Source: a bacterium
GTDB taxonomy: Bacteria > Hinthialibacterota > Hinthialibacteria > Hinthialibacterales > Hinthialibacteraceae
Reading direction: 5' to 3'
NCBI GenBank assembly: GCA_041946805.1
Contig: JBHGBC010000157.1
Coordinates: forward strand, 1 to 14,567
DNA length: 14,567 bases
Shown: piece after piece, positions 9,697 through 14,567 of the stretch
How positions within the stretch are numbered: position 1 is the first letter of the stretch
Layout: every line of letters begins with the position of its first letter
Translations under genes and position numbers: made by a program
Notes under the pieces: model-generated
The model's input: only the letters and a program-made list of their open reading frames with translations
Databases searched by the model: none
Told to the model about the DNA's origin: nothing

Positions 9697-9741
9697 ATCC
9701 TTCCCGTCCTTTATGTCCTTTTCATCCTTTTCGTCTTTTCC
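9697..9741. repeat. Imperfect 9-bp tandem repeat, 5 copies
   Basis: ATCCTTCCC GTCCTTTAT GTCCTTTTC ATCCTTTTC GTCTTTTCC on the + strand. Confidence 0.8.
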
Positions 9742-9788
9742 AGCATGATGAGATGGTGTGAATAATGCGTTGAGCCTTTCCGGAAAAC

Positions 9789-9825
9789 TGTCCGCCAACG
9801 GACACTTCTTTCCCGCTACCGGACA
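9789..9825. promoter_or_regulatory. Tandem upstream activator sites (putative enhancer for the adjacent bEBP)
   Basis: Palindrome TGTCCG-CCAA-CGGACA (9789-9804) and degenerate copy TTCCCG-CTAC-CGGACA (9810-9825), 21 bp apart. They sit about 170-190 bp upstream of the predicted sigma54 transcription start. Confidence 0.7.
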
Positions 9826-9852
9826 CTGGGGTTCAGGAGGAACTGTTGGAAA

Positions 9853-11208
9853 TTACCGGACCGGCAACCGCAGGCGCGCCCGGCATCCCCGGCCGGATTC
9901 GCGGTTCTCCAGGGTCAGGGTTCCCTGGTGCGCCTCGGCGATCTGGCGGCTGAGCATCAATCCCAGCCCTGATCCGTGGGGCTTGGTTGTAAAGAAGGGA
10001 ACGAAAAGGTTGGCGGGATTCAAGATCCCAGGGCCCTCGTCTTCGACACAGACATCCACGAACGCGGCCGGATACTCTGGTTTGGACCAGTGGATCCATA
10101 CCCGGCTGTTCGGATCCGGCGCCGCTTCCACGGCGTTTTTCACCAGGTTGATCAGGCATTGCTCGAGCTGGTCCCGGTCCGCCAGGAGGGTGATATCCGG
10201 CCCGGGAAGAACGTCGACTGGGCGGCGGATTTCCAGACCGGCCACCCGCTGGATCCATTCCCCCACATTCAACGGCCGGGGACAGGATTCGGGCAGCCGG
10301 GTGAGAAGCGAATACGAGGCCATGAACCGGTTCAACGTCTGGGACCGGTCCGCGATCACGTCCAAGCCCTGCCGGAGGTCGTTTTCCCAATCCGGCGGCC
10401 GGGGATGGCGCGCCAAAATCTGGTGCAAACTGCCGGCCAGCGAATGGATCGGGGCCAACGAGTTGTTGATCTCGTGCCGGAGCACCTGCACCAGCCGTTT
10501 CCAGGCCTGCCGCTCTTCTTCCCGCAGCGCCCGGGTCATGTCCGACAAGACGACAAGATCGTGGGGTTTTCCCTGCTCGCGGTAGGTTCCCCGGCGTATT
10601 TCCCACCGTCCCGCGCCCCCCGGGAACGTGAGGTCCACGACACGCGGCGCGTCCCCGTTCAGGATATCCATAAGACCCAGATCCTCAGCCGTGCGCCCCC
10701 TCAGGGCTTCCCCGGATATCTGAAACAACCGTTCCCCATGATGATTGATGAGCCGTAGTTTGTGCTCCTTATCGAATACCAACACCGCCACTTCGATTTC
10801 ATCCATCACTTTTTGTAGCAGGGCGGAGGCCTCCAGCGCGCTCATCCGTTGTGCGCGCAGGAGATCTCCCAGCGAGTTGATTTCCTCCGCCACCTCGCGG
10901 AACGCGTCATCCCGACCCGCCCGCGGCGCGCGCAGGGAGTAATCGCCTTCCCGCAGGGCCATGAGCAGGTTGGAGAACGTGCGCAGCGTGGTGACAATCC
11001 GTTCCCGCGCCGCCCACGCGCCCGCCAGCCATACCCCCACGATGACCAAGGCCAACGTCCAGATCACCTTCGGGGAATACCCATCCACCCAAAGTAAAAG
11101 CAGGGCGGTGATCGATCCCGGCAATCCCGCGCCCAGCGCGAACAACCCAATTTGGGTCTCGTATTTCAACCGGGAACGCCGGGCCGATGGGGTGGATGGG
11201 ATTGGCAT
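9853..11208 (-). CDS. Sensor histidine kinase (2 TM, HAMP-like, PAS-like, HisKA, HATPase), NtrB/NtrY-like, 451 aa
   Basis: H-box LRHEINNSL, N-box QLEQCLINLVKNAVEA, G1 DEGPG, F-box LFVPFFTTK, G2 GSGLGL. Two N-terminal hydrophobic helices. Confidence 0.95.
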   Translation of the reverse strand: MPIPSTPSARRSRLKYETQIGLFALGAGLPGSITALLLLWVDGYSPKVIWTLALVIVGVWLAGAWAARERIVTTLRTFSNLLMALREGDYSLRAPRAGRDDAFREVAEEINSLGDLLRAQRMSALEASALLQKVMDEIEVAVLVFDKEHKLRLINHHGERLFQISGEALRGRTAEDLGLMDILNGDAPRVVDLTFPGGAGRWEIRRGTYREQGKPHDLVVLSDMTRALREEERQAWKRLVQVLRHEINNSLAPIHSLAGSLHQILARHPRPPDWENDLRQGLDVIADRSQTLNRFMASYSLLTRLPESCPRPLNVGEWIQRVAGLEIRRPVDVLPGPDITLLADRDQLEQCLINLVKNAVEAAPDPNSRVWIHWSKPEYPAAFVDVCVEDEGPGILNPANLFVPFFTTKPHGSGLGLMLSRQIAEAHQGTLTLENRESGRGCRARLRLPVR

Positions 11209-11221
11209 GAGAGTTCCGGTC

Positions 11222-12658
11222 TTACAAGCGATATTTGTCCAGCCGGCGGTACAAGGCCGTGCGGCTGAGACCCAGGGCTTTGGCGGCTTGGCTCACGTTC
11301 CCATGATGGCGCGCCATGGTCTTCTTGATGAGAAAGCCTTCCACCTCTTCCAGGCTCATGGCCTCCAGGCTGGGAGCGCTTTCCGGTCCGCCGCGCAATC
11401 CCAGGTCCGCCTCCTGAATGACGTCCCCCCGGGCCATCAGCACCGCCCGTTCCACCGTGTGGTCCAGCTCGCGGACATTGCCGGGCCAGGCGTAGCGGCG
11501 CAGCGCGTTCATCGCCTCGGCGGTGAACCGGCTGATCCCCTTGCGATAGCGTTGCCCGTGTCGTTTCAAAAAATGCGCGGCCAGCAGCGGGATGTCCTCC
11601 TGCCGTTCGCGCAGGGGGGGAAGCACGATCTCCACGGTGTTCAACCGGTACAGCAGGTCCCGGCGGAAGCGGCCCTCGTCCACTTCTTTTTCCAAGGCGG
11701 CATTGGTGGCCGAGAGGATCCGGACATGGACGCGCCGGGTTTTCGACGATCCCACCCGCTCGAACTCGCCGGTCTCCAGCACCCGCAGCAATTTGGTTTG
11801 CTCGCCCAGGGGGATGTTGGCGATTTCATCCAGGAACAAGGTCCCGCCGTCCGCCATCTCGAACCGTCCCACCCGGTCGGTCTTGGCGTCGGTGTACGCT
11901 CCCTTGACGTGCCCGAACAACTCACTGGCGAACACTCCTTCGGGAAGCCCGCCCACGTTCACGGTCACCAAGGGCTGGTCCCGGCGGGGGGAGACGGCGT
12001 GCAACGCTTGCGCCACCATACTTTTGCCGGTGCCATTTTCGCCTAGGATCAGGACATTGGCTTCCGAAGACCCGACGCGCCCGATCATCTCCAGCACCGG
12101 CCGCATGGCCGCCGATTGGGCCATCAGGGGTTGGCTTTTCTCGCCCCGCAGCAAGCGGTTCTCCGCTTCCAGGCATTGTTCCTTGCGCAAGGCGCGCCGC
12201 AGTTCCGCCTGGGTTTTCACGATGGTCAGCAGCCGGGTGTTTTCCCAGGGCTTTTGGATGAAGTCCCGCGCCCCCCGCTTCATCGCCTCCACCACCAAGT
12301 CAATGCTGCTCCACGCGGTCATCACCACCACCGGCAGCGTCGCGTCCACCTCGTGGATCCGGGTTAGGAGATCGAGCCCTTCCCGGCCCGAGGTGGTGTC
12401 CCGGGTATAATTCAGGTCCAGCAGCACGACATCGAAATCCCCCGCCTTCACGGCGTGCAACGTGTCCGGCGGCGAGGAGGCTTCCTCGGTCTGGTATCCC
12501 TCTCCCTTCAACAACAAGCGCAGTGCCGTCCGGACATCCGGCTGGTCGTCCGCGATGAGAATCCGGATGGGCGGTGATTCGCTCGGCGGCATGGCGGCGG
12601 CATTCCCCATAAAAAGACTAGATGGTGAATACGGATATTGTACCGATGCATCCTGCAT
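11222..12658 (-). CDS. Sigma54-dependent response regulator (REC-AAA+-Fis HTH, NtrC family); true start may be ATG 12610 or 12592
   Basis: Receiver ILIADD...LLDLN...QKPW, Walker A GENGTGKS, ELFGHVKGAYTDA loop, Walker B TLFLDEI, RFRRDLLYRLN, WPGNVREL, HTH GNVSQAAKALGLSRTALYRRL. Confidence 0.96.
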   Translation of the reverse strand: MQDASVQYPYSPSSLFMGNAAAMPPSESPPIRILIADDQPDVRTALRLLLKGEGYQTEEASSPPDTLHAVKAGDFDVVLLDLNYTRDTTSGREGLDLLTRIHEVDATLPVVVMTAWSSIDLVVEAMKRGARDFIQKPWENTRLLTIVKTQAELRRALRKEQCLEAENRLLRGEKSQPLMAQSAAMRPVLEMIGRVGSSEANVLILGENGTGKSMVAQALHAVSPRRDQPLVTVNVGGLPEGVFASELFGHVKGAYTDAKTDRVGRFEMADGGTLFLDEIANIPLGEQTKLLRVLETGEFERVGSSKTRRVHVRILSATNAALEKEVDEGRFRRDLLYRLNTVEIVLPPLRERQEDIPLLAAHFLKRHGQRYRKGISRFTAEAMNALRRYAWPGNVRELDHTVERAVLMARGDVIQEADLGLRGGPESAPSLEAMSLEEVEGFLIKKTMARHHGNVSQAAKALGLSRTALYRRLDKYRL

Positions 12659-12880
12659 TCACGCAAGAAATATTCCGATTGGTGGTTTATCTCTCTGGAG
12701 CGCTTGATCGGAGGCGGTCATGCCGTACGGGAACTAAGGACGCAGGGGCCGGTTGAATCCCGGGGATGAACCTATGTGACGATTCCATTCCGGCATCGCT
12801 TCCGGCACATCATGGGCAAAGGTCGCCCATATCGGCATGCAAAGCCAATAGTTCACTTCAGCGGCGCCGGGAAACAAAAT

Positions 12881-13040
12881 GTAACAAGTCACCCTTCTGA
12901 ATGGAGAACAAGAGGGAAAGGCGGCAGGTGTCCCGTGAGGACGTAGTCCCGCAGGGCAGAAACGAAGATATGAATAGGAATGTAATCGATCTATTTTAAG
13001 GTGCGGAAAAAGGTCATCAGCATCGGATGGATCAGTGCAT
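12881..13040 (-). mobile_element. Second IS66-family remnant (transposase C-terminus plus terminal repeat), inverted relative to 871-1030
   Basis: Reverse complement aligns without gaps to 871-1030: 66/80 identities over the terminal 80 nt and 117/160 overall by hand count. Translates DALIHPMLMTFFRTLK*IDYIPIHIFVSALRDYVLTGHLPPFPLVLHSEG*, followed by CTTGTTAC. The outer end was not found. Confidence 0.85.
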
Positions 13041-13289
13041 CATTGCCACCGTATTGGGAAGTTGATTTGATGAATCGGTGGTGCGAGAAAACCATGAGTC
13101 CGCGCATCAAGCCCACGAAAAATGTAGCCCGGATAATGGGAATCACCGGGAGTTGAGTGGGAAATGGTTTTTGACGTAAAAAGCCGCTGAGTATCATCCC
13201 CTCGGGAGTTTACTCGAATCCGGAATCAATCATCGATTATCAGGTGAGGTGATTTTTTCATGGATCTTCTTCAAAATCCATGCGGCGGA

Positions 13290-14447
13290 TCAGTAGAGAG
13301 TCCACAAGCCGGCGGGTATTCCACTAGTCGGGAACAAATCGCTGATATCCCAAATCCGCGCCGTCCCGTCGTAACTGGCTGATAGTATCTGCTTTCCATC
13401 AGGTGAAAATGCCACGGAAGAGATGGTAGAAGTATGGCCGTGAAAAGTTTGTATCTCCTGACCACTCTCCGCATCCCACAACTTCGCCGTGTTATCAGTG
13501 TCGACACCCCAACCGGATTCCCCCGAACCCGTCAAAACAAACAGCCCGTCCGGCGAAAACGCTACTGGTAACGAAGTAATGTCATAAAGATTATGACGAA
13601 ATTTCCGGATCTCTGTCCCACTCTCCAAATCCCACAGGATCGCGATAGAATTGTAGATCCCGCCTGTTACGACTTGCTTTCCATCCGGCGAAAATGCCAC
13701 AGAGGAGGCGGCATCGTAAAAATCCACATGGGAGGCGGCATCGTTGAATGACTGAATTTCCGCCCCAGTTTCCACATCCCACAACTTCGCGCCATCCCAG
13801 CTGCCTGTCATGGCTTTCGTTCCATCCGGCGAAAATGCCACGGACCACACCCAACTCGTGAGCCCGGTGAATGTACGAATCTCCAGGCCCGTATTTGCAT
13901 CCCACAACGTCGCCGTACCTGGCTCACTCAAACCCCCGCCTCCCGTCAACACCATGCTTCCGTCCGGTGAAAACGCCACGGAATTCACCTTACCGGGATG
14001 ATAAAAGGTATGAATAATCGCTCCACTCTCCATATTCCACAAAATCGCCGTTGCATCATCGCTACCTGTTAGAACCATTGTCCCATCCGGCGAAAAGGCG
14101 ACGGAATTGACTATATCGATATGTCCATCCAAACTTTGGATCATTGCACCTGTCTCTGCGCTCCATAACTCAACCACACCAGCAAATCTTCGAACACGCT
14201 CACCATTCTCCACTATCCATGGCCCTGTATATCCAACATTGCACACCCTCGTTCCATCGGGAGAAAAGGCCGCGGAACGCAGATATCTGTTTTTATTGTC
14301 CTCATTAGAATTCAATCTAAGAATGATCTCTCCGGAATCTCCACGCAGGGGCAGTTCGAGCGGTTGCGCCGTTGCCATTCCCCCGTGCGCGAATATCGCT
14401 ACAGAAATAGCAAAAATGAAAGTAATCGATCGTATATGTTTACTCAT
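13290..14447 (-). CDS. Secreted WD40-repeat beta-propeller protein (7 repeats), 385 aa
   Basis: Signal peptide MSKHIRSITFIFAISVAIFAHGGMATA-Q. Seven AFSPDG repeats with LW[DNS]/IWD ends. GGGAG RBS upstream of ATG 14447. Short tail FPTSGIPAGLWTLY. Confidence 0.95.
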   Translation of the reverse strand: MSKHIRSITFIFAISVAIFAHGGMATAQPLELPLRGDSGEIILRLNSNEDNKNRYLRSAAFSPDGTRVCNVGYTGPWIVENGERVRRFAGVVELWSAETGAMIQSLDGHIDIVNSVAFSPDGTMVLTGSDDATAILWNMESGAIIHTFYHPGKVNSVAFSPDGSMVLTGGGGLSEPGTATLWDANTGLEIRTFTGLTSWVWSVAFSPDGTKAMTGSWDGAKLWDVETGAEIQSFNDAASHVDFYDAASSVAFSPDGKQVVTGGIYNSIAILWDLESGTEIRKFRHNLYDITSLPVAFSPDGLFVLTGSGESGWGVDTDNTAKLWDAESGQEIQTFHGHTSTISSVAFSPDGKQILSASYDGTARIWDISDLFPTSGIPAGLWTLY

Positions 14448-14463
14448 TGTTCAGCTCCCTTAC

Positions 14464-14492
14464 ATTATCTATTTCTTGCTCTGGAAATTCAA
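14464..14492 (-). promoter_or_regulatory. Possible sigma70-type promoter for the WD40 gene
   Basis: TTGAAT-N17-GATAAT immediately upstream of the RBS. The -10 box is imperfect and the leader would be very short. Confidence 0.25.
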
Positions 14493-14499
14493 AAGCCAA

Positions 14500-14567
14500 C
14501 TAAAATATTTCCCAATTCGCTATCGATGTTGTTTTATCGTAGGTCAGCACCACCTCGTTGAACGTCC
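14500..14567 (-). CDS. 3' end of an upstream gene running off the window (hypothetical, possibly secreted)
   Basis: Open frame TFNEVVLTYDKTTSIANWEIF* with TAG at 14500-14502, 52 nt before the WD40 start. Its tail resembles the WD40 protein tail. Not in the supplied ORF track. Confidence 0.6.
   Translation of the reverse strand, partial: TFNEVVLTYDKTTSIANWEIF

Noticed and set aside
9613..9798. N-terminal extension of the MFP with KDEKDEKDIKDGKDK repeats
   Set aside because: It spans the sigma54 promoter, the 9-bp repeat and an enhancer site. MDIQRP at 9612 has the RBS and a typical start.
12814..12868. GGGCAAA...GCAAAGCC resemblance to a cyclic di-GMP-I (GEMM) riboswitch
   Set aside because: No GNRA tetraloop or receptor, poor stems, and no downstream plus-strand gene (an IS end follows). 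An Rfam scan would settle it.
12991..13197. 68-aa minus-strand ORF as a small protein
   Set aside because: Its 3' part is the decayed transposase segment LMTFFRTLK. The upstream TPEGMIL resemblance to TPSGMIP is too weak to extend the IS boundary.
13259..13282. CATGGAT...ATCCATG hairpin after the WD40 stop as an intrinsic terminator
   Set aside because: It is followed by an A-run rather than a U-run on the coding strand, and the stem is weak.
13663..13670. CCTGTTAC as the missing outer end of the second IS copy
   Set aside because: The match stops after 8 nt and simply encodes VTG in an intact WD40 repeat.
13395..14275. Recurring CCATCCGGCGAAAATGCCAC-like repeats as a CRISPR array
   Set aside because: These are the in-frame AFSPDG codons of WD40 repeats, spaced well over 100 bp apart, with no cas genes nearby.

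Overview
Most of the window is a minus-strand, GC-rich module (about 1031-12880). It encodes an NtrC-type sigma54 response regulator and a two-TM histidine kinase, followed by a tripartite MacAB-TolC-like export operon: membrane-fusion protein, ABC ATPase, two ~800-aa duplicated MacB/FtsX (ADOP-type) permeases and a lipoprotein TolC. Between the kinase and the operon lie a canonical -24/-12 sigma54 promoter (9639-9654), two TGT-N10-ACA-type enhancer sites and a 5x9-bp tandem repeat. Two decayed IS66-family remnants in inverted orientation (372-1030 and 12881-~13040) bracket the module, and the left one supplies the last codons and stop of tolC. To the right are a secreted 7-repeat WD40 protein and the 3' end of an unannotated gene; both end in a similar T-S-(G)-I...W-x-[LI]-[YF]-COOH tail, a candidate C-terminal sorting signal. 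No rRNA, tRNA or CRISPR array was seen. Family assignments come from motif recognition by eye, not database searches.
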